This document shows positions 33,320-47,036 of a stretch of 64,000 nt of DNA, one piece after another. The position numbers and the translations under genes were made by a program. The first letter of the stretch is position 1; the number at the start of each line of letters is the position of its first letter. Origin of the DNA: Zancudomyces culisetae HAW-14-8 (taxonomy: Eukaryota; Fungi; Kickxellomycota); contig JBNJNM010000021.1 of NCBI GenBank assembly GCA_052426225.1, positions 372,001-436,000 on the forward strand, in the 5' to 3' direction. A model generated the notes under the pieces. It made no database searches. It was given only the letters and a program-made list of their open reading frames with translations, and was not told the origin of the DNA.

Positions 33320-35045
33320 TCAACAGAAATTCAAATCCTTTGTCATCTGAGAAAAAATAATCGAGATATTAAGCAGTGATTGCATCAAAGTAATTCTATC
33401 AGTGAGCTTTCTGATGTCAAGAATATCCGAAACCTCGATCAACTCATTTGTGTGGTCAATCGCAACCAACAAAACGTTGTATCCGGCGGTCGCATAACCC
33501 AGCATGTATGGCAGATGATGTGGTATTCCTATCTTGTTCTCCTTCATTTTATCCGTTAACTCCTGTGCTATTTTACGAACACTGCCTTTCTTTTTTTCCT
33601 CACCTTTAAACACCAGCATCTTGTTCAAGTAAGTTAAACAATAATCTGGTCTTAGTTTTCCTTTAGTCATAGAAACCTCAGCCGAGTTTCTGTTATACGT
33701 AAATCCAGGATTATGTAGCTTCAGTGCCTTAAACACAGGACCTAGTATTACATCTATGTTTTGCTGTAGGAACGCTTCTGTGGACTTTTTATCGCCCTCT
33801 GGATCCCTCGCAACTCCATGTATTATTTCAGTCTCAATCTCTGAGGAAATTTCATTACCAAACTCAAATGTCTTGCCAAACTTATCCTCGAGCTTGTACT
33901 TCTTGATTCGTCTGTACAGGTGTATGTAATGGCTTTTGTTTACCCTAATTTTCTGTCTCAACCCTCCTGATAAATGCGTTTTTAATTCACTGAGTTTTGG
34001 TATCTCATTGCCTGAGCTGTATACTGCATCTACAAATTTCTTTGAATCAATCAATTGGTTTTCTTCGTTTCCAACACTGTTTATACTACTGATACTGTTC
34101 TTGTTACTCTTTTTTACAAGCGCTTTGGACTCACCAATGTTCATCTCGTTGATTTTAGTGACTATTTCTTCAACTTCTGATTTTAATCGATCCAAATCAG
34201 TAAACTTTAGTCCACCTGTTGCACTTTTTTTGACACTTGTATCTGCATTTGAATCTTTGGCTTTCAAAAACTCTGCATACATGCTGTTTACGTGAGCTCG
34301 CAACCCCGTCAAGAGATTTACACTCGGTTCAACATCCTCTTTGCTATTTCGTTCCATTACCGGTTTTATCTCTTTATCGAATGTAAACATAACTCTGTCG
34401 TGTTCGTATGAGTTTGTGGTACCTGATGCCAACGTGCTAAACGATTTGCTCTTTTGCGAAATTTTCGACTGCCTAGAAACAGTCCTTGCCGCAGTTTTAT
34501 TTATACCCTCAGCTCTATCAACCGGGATAATCGGATCCCTTTTATCGTCGTCCTGGCTGTTCACAGCCTTATTTGCAGTCCTACTCCTCGTCTGTACTCT
34601 GCATTCTATTTATATAGTTAAACTCGCTCTATAGTCTATTTTTTGAATAAAGCTAAATAAAAAACAAAATAAAGAGAATTGAAGATAGCTTCTTGCTGCA
34701 TAGGAAGTACCAGCAAGTATAGAGTTACTCACCTTCTGGTTTTTTGTTGATAGCTTTATGTGCTTCACCTTTTGCTAGCTTTAGTTTAGCATCATGACTC
34801 CCATCGGCTACCTTTGCCTTGATACCACTATCTATACCAACCCTTAGGTCTTTTGGTATCTTTAATGTTGTGGCTACATTTTCATTACTACCTTCTTTAC
34901 TACTAACAGTCCGGGTTCTATATCGTTCTAATATCAGACTATCACCTTTCTCAATTACGGTTTTTTTGGACATTCTAGTATTTAAAGCACACTTGATTTT
35001 TGTTAAATTTTGGTCGCTAACTTTTTGTACCATTATTCTCAACAT
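33320..35045 (-). CDS. Crinkler-associated PD-(D/E)xK (REase-fold) domain protein; at least 2 exons (intron 34732-34606), start uncertain
   Basis: RPDY...VFKGEEK...ELTDKM...LPYMLGYATAG matches the REase domain usually found before the kinase in CRN proteins; ORFs 34725-35054 and 33320-34564 join in frame through GTGAGT...TAG. Confidence 0.75.
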
Positions 35046-36557
35046 TTGAGTCAATATAAAGGAGAATACTGGATACTAATATATCATTTGCCTATCACTA
35101 TCTTATTTATTTTATTCCTTTCCAATACACATAGAATTGGTGCTATTTATATCATTGTTGTCCTCAAAAAAGTGATAAGTAATTGAACACAGAAACTGTT
35201 TTTTTTACCATAAAGTGTACTATTAATCTTATTCATAGTGTATTTATTGAAAAATTAGCTTTTATACTTGATTAGCGGATAAAGCATGTGTGTCTGCATT
35301 TGGTCTACATTTTCGGACCAACATCACAAGATCTGTGCAGCTGTGATAGCCAAAATATTTCACTATTCTTTTATTTCACAATATATATATATTTAATTTC
35401 AGTTATCTATATGTTCACACGCTTAGTTTGTGCAATTATTGATACGTTAAGGTTAACATAAATAATTAAAAGTACAATATTCATCATTTTCTTTTAAATA
35501 TACTCATGATATCGAGGATGCTAAAATTGTGACCAAGTTAAAGTTGGCATACGCAACTGTTCTCTATTTCTATGGTTAATTGGTGTATTTAAAGCGCACA
35601 AGCTGTCCCAAGACAAAATCCCATTTTATAAGTGTATCACTACAAACAGGTAACCGAGAAAAAGAGCCATTTATTTCAGTTTATTTTACACTAGCATTTT
35701 TTCCAGTTCCATGTCATAAAAATAAGAAAATACTGGTTTTACCTAGACCTAGAGTAAGAATAGTTCACGTAAATTGAACTTTGCTTTTTTTTTTTTCCAT
35801 CCATTTTTTCCCGTTCTTGTCCATTGGTTCGCTACACAACAGGCTTGTTTTTGTATGTCTTTTTTCGGTATGATACATACAAAAAAAATACCATAACACT
35901 TGTTCAATTTTTAGATTAGTTAATATTTCTCAACCAGGTGAATGTATGTTTTATTTTATATCATTATTATTTTATTTTTTCAAAACATGAGTCGAGTATA
36001 TCATGGGAGATGTGCTATATGTCATATATACACCATAGATACCAAATGTGTGGTGTATGATAGTTTTTTCAGGCTGAAATGAAGCTTTTAAATCAAATGT
36101 ATGTGCACGTGAATATATTGTGAGCAGGTTCACAGGATTTCGCGGTTTTGCAGTATTTAGCACATCTATTTTTCTGCCACTTTGTTGACTCATGAGGATC
36201 CACATAGTATATTATATATACACAGTGCAACATATATTGTGAGTAAGCAGAGTTTATGCCAGCAAATCATTTTTGATACAATGGTCATTCGATCACGGAG
36301 GTAAAAAATCACTAAACTTAACCCGCTTTAAAAGCAAATAGCTAAACAAAAATCTAAAAGTTGATAGCTGGAAGTTGAGAGATGTCGGCATATTTGAGTG
36401 TCATAAAGCTACGTAATTGCCCTTTACCAGGAATTGTAAAATTTTTTTATTAAGATTAATGCAAAAGCTGAGTAGTTGGTTTGGTAAGTACAGAAATGGC
36501 AATTAAAATGATGGTGCAGGTTTGATAAAAAGATGCAAATAAAAAAAGATATTAAAT

Positions 36558-39061
36558 CTATTCCTTTTTGGCTATCAACCCAGATAACATATCAAAGCTG
36601 TTCCCATCTGGTTGCAAACTATACATGGTGTAAGGGTATGAGACTGACTGAGCCTTCAAGAAGCCTTGATTTGTATCAATTCCAATAATTTTTGCATCAA
36701 CATAATCATAGCTTTTCAGTTTAACAATTTGGTCTCTATTTTTTTAGTTTTTAGTTTTTAGTTTTTAGTTTTTAGCTTTTAAAGCAACACCCACTACGTG
36801 TATAATTACAGACACTAAGTCAAGGTGTATACAGAAGCCCATACAAAACCATCAAAAACTTACGTATGGAGCCAACGGCTGTAATACAATTTTTCAAAGC
36901 TGGAAAACCCGGATACCAAAAATGTGTAATACATTTTCTCAAACTTGCTCAAGATGTCTGCTAATGCCTGTTCTAGCGACAAGTATTTAAGTTTTCTATT
37001 GTGCAACTCGTTGTACCTTGTGATTAGGTTGTTGATTGAAGTGAGAGGTTGGGAATTGTTGATATTGACTCCAGTTCCTAATTATTGAGTATATGTAATG
37101 TAAATATTAGTTGTTCATCAAAAATTAGTCAACTTTACTGCCCATATACCAGTAAACCTTGGCAGTGAAATAAACACAACTAAAAAAAAAAGAATTTGAT
37201 AAAGTTAAACGTACCAATAACGATAGAGAATGTTCCGTTTTCAAATGATGAATTCACCAGAGAACCGCCAAACTTCTCGGGTCTTTTACTATTTGTGTGA
37301 TCCAGCGCATGAGTGCATATATACAGATCATTAGGCCATTTTATATGCAAGGGTAGATCCTATAAGGAGTTTATTACAAATTCCACACGTTATTGCAAAC
37401 AAGTCATTATATTCGTTACGCATTTCCAATAAAATAATAAAAAAGTACCTGATAGCCTGGTTTAGAGCGCACAGCTTCCACAACAGCCAGTGTCATCAAG
37501 TACTGAAGCATAACTGCTGGCGCTGTACTTGATTGTGGGTGCTTGAAGAGAATGGAAAATTGAAGGCATCCAGGTGGAGAAACCCACATATTTTTACCTC
37601 TTCCTCTTCCACTGGTTTGCGTAAATGCTATGTTGACAGTAGGATTGGGCAACGCAGCTTGTATTTTTATATTTCTAATGGCATAATTAAATCGTATCAG
37701 TATAAATCCTCTTTATATTTACATCTTGCTTAAAAAGACTTAGAAAAAGTAAAGAAAGTATCTTACTTTTCCAGAAATGTTTGAGTTGAAGTCGTGATGT
37801 CCGTGTATATTACCCAGCTACCAAAGTGTGTAGTTTTGTTCATGTTCATATGATTTTTAAACAAGGACAAATCAAATTTTAGTTTTTTATGGTCCAGTGA
37901 TGAGGTTCCATAGTTACAAAAGTATAGCTCTATAGGACGTTTATCACCGCGAGCGTCTTGGGAGTCCAAGTTTTGGTCTTGATTTTCGGGTCTCGCCTGT
38001 TGTTCTTTTGCTTCCAACTGCTCTAAAATATCGAATTTAATATTATCGAAGCTGTCCCTGATCAAGCCATTCGAAGAGAGTGATCGCATTTTATATGTAA
38101 AGTTGGCTACTTCAGTAACAGAGACGTTTTTTATTGGCACTATATATGAAGGCGTTATCGCGAGATCATTTTCGATTTTTACTGGTTTAGTACCATCAGG
38201 CAACCAGCTTTCCTGCAAACCGAGATGGTAGAAAATCAAATCTAAAAGCTTCAGCCTATCCTGCTGACTTTCTTTTAAATCATGCAAGACATGTTCAGGT
38301 AGAGAGTGTCTGTGTATGGAGAAGGCACTGTATGAAACTTCAAAGTGTACTCCGGACAAGAGTGCTAACCCTTTTCCCACACGGCAGAGTATCATTGATG
38401 GCGCATTTTCAACTACCTTATCTCGATTGTATGGGTCAAATACATCGTTTGGATACCATGCCAACACCTGAACTTCATTTCGAGTCCCGCCAGTAACATC
38501 ATATTTAGTATCTCCTGCACCGACAAAATATCCTCCACCATTATAATATAAGAACGGGCTCTTGAGTGATTCAATATATTCCTTAGAGGCAAGATTCGGT
38601 GTTAGGACCTCAGTATTTAACCGCATCTTAACCGCTCTGGCACCTACCTCGCTGTTATATCTAAACCCTGGATATGCTGCGCCTCTACATTCTCCCGGAA
38701 AAAACTTGAGTGGTCGATCACCAATCACCTCGAGCTCACTATTAGGCTCAAATACACAGGTAGAACTGAAATAATATGCTCCCGCGCAGATTCCGAGAAC
38801 TTTTCCCCCTTGCTCGACATATTGTTTAATTTTGCTGTTAGCCAAGCCTCCTAGATGTTTGAGATATTCTAGATCCTGCCCCCCAGGGATAGCCAATAAC
38901 GCAGTCGAGTCTTCCCATGGCTCATTCGCGAGTTGGATGGAATCAACGACCAAAAGCGCATACCTATTTCTATATTTCTGTTTGAACATGTCGACAGTTT
39001 GAGACAATGATAGGTTACTAATCCCGTGGTCGCCGTAGACAAGGATGTTAATTTTCCCCAT
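36558..39061 (-). CDS. BPL1: Biotin-protein ligase (holocarboxylase synthetase) with a BPL_N domain; 5 exons
   Basis: N-terminal PGGQD and GICAGAY, then QTSGRGRGKNMWVSPPGCLQFS, KWPNDLY and C-terminal QPDGNSFDML. Confidence 0.95.
36741..36775. repeat. (TTTTTAG)x5 repeat at the 3' end of the last BPL1 intron
   Basis: Reads (CTAAAAA)x5 on the transcribed strand just before the TAG acceptor. Confidence 0.9.
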
Positions 39062-40029
39062 CGCGGTCTTTAGGGCCTCGGTGCTAATTTCAGGTATATC
39101 TTGTTAGTTGAAAACTTTGATGAGGTATGGAATTTTAATGTGAAACAAAGAACCGCTTGAATAACCATAAAGAAAGGAAAAGAAAGGATCAAATAAAAAG
39201 CACCAACTTCTTACCTTTTCGCCATTTTTTTTTGCTTGTTGCTTACCCTTTGGGATGAAATGTGTGATTGAAAAAGAGAAAAGATATATCGGCGTTTTTT
39301 TCTAGAAACTTGATTTATAAATGTATTATGATTACATAAAATTTTCAGCAAGGACTGATGAAATCAGAAGCAAAAATGCCGAATGGTGCTGGTATTGGAA
39401 ACCCCGGAGTGAATGCAATTCATTTCAAGCAGAGTTGCAAGATAATCCAGATATAGTTCTTTTCCTTCTGGTTGCTTTTGTAGTTCAAATACACCCTTTA
39501 TCAGGAAGATAAAAAGTACTTCAAATGCTTTTAAGAAAATGGGGGGAGGGGGGGGCTTTTTTTAGTAGATACAAGGGAGTTTAGGGACAAGCAATGATAT
39601 TTGTTTTATAGCTATTGCTTGGAAACCCCCATATGCTTCAAATTAAAGTATCTGAAATCTGGAAAAGCTCAGGAAACAATTTGCTTGGCAGCACTATGAA
39701 AACTAGTCAGGACCCTAGAAGAACGAAGTTTTATTCGCGGGCGAAAATTGTGGTAGCCCTAAATTAACTAACACCATTATTAAAATTATACTACAAACAA
39801 TAATGGTATTTTTCATTGCTTTGGACGTCATTTTTAGCAATAAAGGTAGGGTTTTTGGTGCAAATTCAAAGAAACAAAACTTTATCGTCAGCTCTCAATA
39901 GCTACACTTTTAGCAGAAAGTTAGCACATTTATCAACAGTTGGGCTTTGGACTTCCTAAGCTACAGGAATCCTTCCCTTACAACTCACCCGAGAATTCAA
40001 GAACAGTACAGATTACAGAACACCCAGAA

Positions 40030-43000
40030 ATGAATGCCTCAAATTTGAATAAATTTCGAGAGCAGGTTCTTGCTGATGATACCCTTGAAGAAAAGGTAAA
40101 GTGGCCGTTATCTCGAAATATATACAATTAGTCTGTTTTAATCTATTCATTCTTGGAAACAATCATAACAAAAAGAAGATTGTATGTAGACAAAATAAGC
40201 AATATATGAACAGGACTTAACACTAGAATCTTTTTATTTGGTTTAGGTTGAGGTCAACCAGAGACATTTGATAGATAAAATACTTGCAAGGTTAGTTTTT
40301 GAGGCTCCAAATAGTTCTAGTGGTGCAGATTTCGCCACTATGTCGTTTGTAGTTGAATATATGTATATGTACGCAGTGGATACTTACTTTACAAATGTTA
40401 TTAATCAACTTGAAAAAAAAAATAATTATAGATATTCAGCAGAGTTTACCATATATCGTGAGTTGTTACAAAACGCTAACGATGCGGAAGCCTCAGAGGT
40501 AAAGATAATATTCCATACTAAGAACAATGGAGAAGACAGTGTATCTGAATATAGCGACGCAGAAGAGGTAATAGATACTGCAGTGGATGAAACTCAGGAT
40601 CAGGGGCCGGAGGTGATGGGTCTTGAGGGAATTTACAAGACCGCTGCCGAGAAAAAGACCAAACTAAATGAACAGTATACTTCGGTTTCTGTTTGCAACA
40701 ATGGTCGATCGTTCAGTAGTGAGGATTGGAAACGGTTAAAAAAGATTGCTGAGGGGAATCCAGATGAACAAAAGGTAAAATAACGTATAATATTCTATAC
40801 AAACTACAAACCTGCGCGAAAAAGTACTCAGTAACACGTATCTAATATAAATGTGATTTTGGATTAATAGATAGGGTTCTTTGGAGTTGGATTTTATAGT
40901 CTTTTTTCAATATGTGAGGAACCGTTTGTGATTTCTGGCGAAGATTGTATGGCGTTTTATTGGAAAGGTGATCAACTATACACAAAGAAGGGGAAAATGG
41001 ATGAAAATACAAAGGACAAGGATTGGACATGGTTTTTGATGCAGCTGAGAGAGGAGGATAAGGTAGTACCAGACGTGAAAGAGTTTGGCAGGTTCTTGGC
41101 TACAGCAATAGCATTTACAAGATTTTTGAAGACAGTGAAAGTGTACATCGACGATTCAGAGATATTTAGAATAAACAAAACGGAGGTAAGGGTAGAGACC
41201 CAGGGGCTATCGATAGAAACGGGGTTATTTGGAATTAAGCGGGGAAAGTATAAGCTTGAATCGCCACGGAATATTTTCGGAATTAGTAGGATTGAGAAGA
41301 GGGAGGTAGAAATACAGTGCCAGTATGTAGAAATCAAAGTTGAGGAACGATTTGTGGAGGAAATAGGGAAAATGGTGGGAGGAATGATACGAGGTGGGCT
41401 GGAAGGAGCAGCATTAAGCAGAGGAACTTCTTACTTTGAAAAGAAAATAACAAACTTTTTTTCAGGATGGTCAAGTATGTTTAAAAAGGAGACAGAGAGC
41501 GTGCACGAAGAGCGCGCCGAAAGCCAACAGTTAAGGACCGGCATGGGTAATGACGAAGTAAAAAATACCAAAACAAGTACAGGCGCAAGCGCAAATAACG
41601 CTGACAAGAATGGTGGTCAAAAGTTTGAGTATGTGTGCAAGGAAGAAAAAATACGGCTGAAAATAGCAGAGGTTTATATTAACGTAAACGTGGATAAAAA
41701 AATGGAGGAACAAATGGAAAGGTCAACTAAGAAAAAGCCTCCAAAGACAACCACAATGAGTATTATATGGACGGGGCATAAAGAGCGGAAGGAAGCAGAG
41801 CTGCAGGTCAAAAATACCGGTTCTGAAAGCAAAAAGCAGAGCAACCTGGAGGTATTGGGGCAGCTAGAAGCATATCCGCAACAGGGGAGTGTGTTTATTG
41901 GATTTGCAACACACCAGACTACAGGGTGTAGCGCACACATGGCGGCAGCACTTATTCCCACGGTGGAGCGAGAATCGATTGATTTCGTAGACCCAGCATT
42001 GGCTCAATGGAATCAGGAACTTATTACGATATTTGGTATTTCGATGCGTATTCTTTACGATGCGGAGATAGAGTCGTTTTCAGGACATTTTGATAAAGCT
42101 GGAGATAATAAAAGCATTGGGGATATGCTTAGGGACGAGGAGAGCATGGAGATTTTCAGATCGAGCGCACAGGCAATGAGGTTCTTTACGCCACAGCACT
42201 CGGTGCCCAGCACAATACCAGGACAGCTTTTGCGGCATGTATTTTTTATGTGTACTAAGGAGCCCATAACAATATTAACGACGGCTGGGCCACTACCAGC
42301 ACCAAAAGCTCGGCTTTATGTGCCATTTAGAGGGCAGCGATCGGCGAGCGAAATGCGCAAGGAATGGATAGGAAAAACTACAGAACATCCGATGTTGTTG
42401 GATACTCTTTCACGACTTCCGCTGGTCACGCCAGAAAACTATGAAGACGGAACAGAAATGTTGAGTATGCTTATTGAAGCTGGACAAATCGTGCCTCTGG
42501 AAATTAGCGATGTCATTTTAGAATTGCAACGAAGAGAGGCATTGGATTGTAAGCAAGTTACTGGTATTTTACAGTGGATGTTAACGCAGAGTGGTGCCAG
42601 TAGATCTGAACGAAGGTCTTTAGTTGATAATATCAGAGTAAAAGTTAACGCATACGACTATGGGCATAAAAAAACAGGAATGAGGAAAGCCACACAAACC
42701 ACAACTGAGAGTGTTGATGATACGTGTGTTGAGTGGCCAACGTTTGTAATTAGACTGGGGCATATGCACTACTTTTATAATAGTAAACATATGCCTGTGT
42801 TTGATATCCCTGAGCTAAGCAGCCTTGGAGCAGAAACTGTAAAACGAGTGATTGGCAGACCACAGAGCGAGCTGCCAGTACCAGAAGAAACATTACCGCT
42901 AGCAATTTCAAACAACTTTACAAATTCTAAATTAGAGGAAATATTTGAGGGGCACTGGAATGGAGTGCGAAATGGTATTGAAGAACTTCCCGTTTCCAAG

Positions 43001-46000
43001 TGGTTAAAGCACATTGTTTTGAACAGCAAGGTGATGTATGGACTTACACAGAGCGCTGGATCGGGACCACAGAGTTATCCAACAGCATTTCAGATTTTAG
43101 CTACGTTGTCAAAGAATTGGACACGAGTTGGCTCTGAGCAGAAAGCCGTTATCATATCGATGCTGGATCGAGTACCAATAATTCCTACAGTTAATGGACT
43201 AAAACCACCGCAAGAGGCATACTTTCCATCAGCGAACCTATTCTCAGATGTGGCTATTATAACATCACAAGTAACCAATGGAATCAAGGAGCAGCTACTT
43301 CGAGAATTGGGCGTAAAAAAGCATGTGGAGTTACAGCAAATTTTTGATCGTTTGGAAACCGACTTAAAGTGGGATTATGTACAATTGATCAAATATTTGA
43401 CGGGAATCTATAAAAATCTGAGCCACACAGAAATTGTGAAGCTTAAAACTGCACATATATTTCCAGGTGCATTGCTGCAAGAAGGATCAACATCGGGCCA
43501 ACCTACTGTCCGGAACTACTGTGCCAACAAGCTGCTGTTTCCGAACGAAAAGCTTGCAAAATTGGGATTCGTGGTTCTCCACTGGGATCCTCCATACAAG
43601 AATCTTGAATATACTAGTGAATGGGACTTTATGTCTTCTTTGGGAATGATGAAGCATCCTGAACAGTTGAGTTTGTTACAGATAGCTGCCTCTGCTCCAA
43701 TTGTCACAAGTGTAGTTGACAATATTAAGGACAGTTTCATAATTGAAACGACCTTGTTTGATAGGGAAATAGACGTTGACAGCACAAACAAGCGAGTATT
43801 GGCGCTGAGTTATCTTTTAGATAACTTTGATTCAGTAGAAGAAAAGTATTCAAAGGCCAAATACCACGAAATTGCGTTTTTGCCAGCAATAAACTGCAGG
43901 AAAGTGATGAATGAATCTCACGACGGTGGTTTTGTTTACAAATACTCGGTTCAACTAAAGTCGCCCGACCAATGTTATAGCGACCCTGCCTGTGGTGTTT
44001 TTGGATACTCAGTGCTAGATAAGAAGTATCGTAGATATAGCGAACGATTAGGTGTTAAACGAGAGCCAAAGGCCAGAGAGTTGGCGAAAAGACTTTGCGA
44101 AACCAAACTGGATACGTTTGAAGAGGCACAGATGGTATTTGGATACTTGTCTAGCAGGCTTTCTGATTTTTCAGATCATGAACTTAAAGTATTGAAAACC
44201 ACGAAAATAGTTCCAATATTCAGTGGAGATACAAATAAGGATAAAGAGTCTAATAAAATACAGTTGGCAAAGCACTACATATCACCAAACAGCTGTTATT
44301 TTAGTATCAAAAACGTAGAACTGGGAACAACAAAATCAGGCCAGAAACAACTTTTCCAAACAATTGATTTTGGACAAAAGGCAAATTTATTCCTTAGAAG
44401 CTGTGGAGTTAAGGATGAACCAAACCCAGCTGACCTGGCGAACAAAATGATGGGAGATGAAAACACACAGGGAGACATTAGTGGGCCTAGAGGCTTTTTG
44501 GATGAGATTGGGGGTAGTTACGATGAATACTTTAGAATGATAAAATACTTGGCAGGATATAGTATGGAGCTTAAAGAAAACTATCCGCATTTGTGGAGAC
44601 GGATGAGATCAGTTCCATGGTTGATATGTACTCAGTATAAACATCAAAACCAACAAAAGGACTTGGGAAAAGAAAAAGAAAGTATCGAAGATGACCAATC
44701 AAGTACAAATAACCGCTTGGAATATGAGTTAGGATCAGTTAGCGATACAGTTTTGGTAGACGACACCTTTTTGGCACAACAATTAAATCCAAAATGTTGT
44801 CCGAGAGACCCCGTGTTGGAACAGTTTTACGAAAAGCTTGGATGTTCTTGGCTTCGAAAGACCGTTCAAATCACAAACATTCCTACTGGTGATCCCGAAA
44901 TCACCGAGGATTCGGAAAAATTGGAAACATTAATAAAGACTCGCGCCGCTTTACTGCTTTATGAGTTTAGTAAAGATAGAGTTACCAAACGAGGCGTGGA
45001 CTGGCTGAGAAACTGCTTATCGGTTAGGCAGGTTGATAGAATCCAGTGCCAATATCTGTATAAAATATCTAAAACCAGATATACTAGCTACACTACAGCC
45101 TGCTGCAGCACGCTTTCTGTATCTTCAATGCCATCGTCTTCCTCATACTCTTCTTCAAATCGACAAGATAATAGAAACCGCTATACCAACTCAAACAATA
45201 ACTCGAGTATATTCGGTTCGATTTACTCAGCATATATCCAAGCGGTTAAAGACGATGTGTGTATACTAATTGCACCAATTTCAGCAAACTCTGCTCCCGT
45301 AGATACCAACAGTGATGGATTTTGGGATCCCTTTGATATTGGTTTGGCTATTGGAACTCTGACTCTCAAGACTTGTAAACTGAACGATGCCCTATTGATT
45401 TCCACCTTGCTCACATCGTCTCTGGAAAATTTACGGCGAAAAGGATTTCCTGTTGATCGATTGCTATATAGAAATACCAGTATTGAACCAGATTTAATTA
45501 TTCACTCACCCAGCAACCAAAACATCACTGATTCTCGCCCGAACAAACCCATAAACCCACCTCCCACTTCTACTGGTACTATGCAGGCTGTCGACACAAA
45601 AAAGAGTGCTCAGGAGGCTGACCCAGTTTCTTCCCCACCTCCATATCGACCACCCGAATATGCTTCCAAAGGCGAGGTCGTCATTAGTTTACAAGCTCGT
45701 TTGGAAGCTAAATATCCAAGTCATACCAAGGAGCATTTAAAAAAAGTTGTAACACAAGTCACTAATAAGTATAAGGATGAGAAGCAATTGAGCAATGGCT
45801 CCGTTGATTTTGAAGATTTGGTACGCCAGTGCGAACAAATAATAAATACAGAACAACAACCACGCCAAAAGCCTGCTAATAACCCTTTGTCGACCCTATT
45901 GAATACTGCCGGCTTGCAACGTACTTTGAACGAAGCTGTAAAATCTACTCCTGCGATTTCTGGTATTGATGGGAAAACTATGGTAAAACATCAAAATTCT

Positions 46001-46807
46001 AGAGATGTTGGTATCCACTCAAATCCCTCTGCTTCTGGCAGTAGCGGTGGCAATGGCAGCGGCAGCGGGTTTGATTCAAAATTGCTTAGAAATAGCCTTT
46101 CCAAACTATTTGGAGCAAATTTTGATAACAATACCAATCGTGGCCGTGCCTCTTCTTTAAATAAGCCCAATACTCCACCGATTAGTACTGAATTGCCATC
46201 TGAATTTCCTCTCAATCCTCCTCAACAACAACAAAAACAACAAACTTATTCCTCGGCAATGGATAAACGTTATGATAATCTCGGCAACAACAACAACAAC
46301 AACAACGGTTTGCTTCTTCCTTCCCAAATAACTCCAGAAAACTTGGAAGCCAACTTTGGCTGTAGCCCATTAAGTTCTCAAACTCTAAAATACTACAGCC
46401 AAGTTAATGGACTAGATGTTTATCTCGACTCCACAGCCTCAACTTCAAATACCACCCCTCCAATTTCACAACAAAATCTTGCCAACTTGCCAAAATTCTC
46501 CAAGCTTTTGATTCTCTTGGCCGATAAAGTCTTTGGAATGCAGGATAAAACAACAATGCACATATTCATAGCTGAAGATGCAAACGTAATTGCGTTTAAT
46601 CGAGCAAGAGTGTTGTTTTTCAATCTCTCGTTTTATACAAGACTTGGTCATGCATCCGATTCCAATAGACTCAGTGCCCTTTCTTTTTGGTTTGTAACTA
46701 CCTGTCACGAATTAGCTCACCATTTTACTACTAATCATGATCAGGTGCATGCATACTATTCCGAAAAGTTTGCTGAGTTGTATATGCCAAAGCTACTGGA
46801 GCTATAA
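40030..46807 (+). CDS. Large GHKL/Hsp90-like ATPase (DUF3684/sacsin-like) with a C-terminal HExxH motif; 4 exons (introns 40096-40246, 40291-40431, 40775-40870)
   Basis: VEVNQRHLIDKILARYS, RELLQNANDA, NNG, GNPDEQKIGFFGVGFYS, FIGFATHQTTG and CHELAHH. Confidence 0.88.
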
Positions 46808-47036
46808 TTTACTTGTTCGTAATGCATGGTTTTTTTATTTTTTTACTTTATATTACAGAACTTACTACCTCTCAAAATAAAAAAAAGAACTTACCACTTC
46901 CTCTCCTACTCATGTATAAAACGGTAATGTTTGTAATACTCTTTTCTGTGGAGATGAAAGTGTTGAGAAAAGCTTTTTCTTTTTCTTTTATTTAGTTAGT
47001 AAAGTATAAATAGAGAAAAAAATACACAGGAATAAT

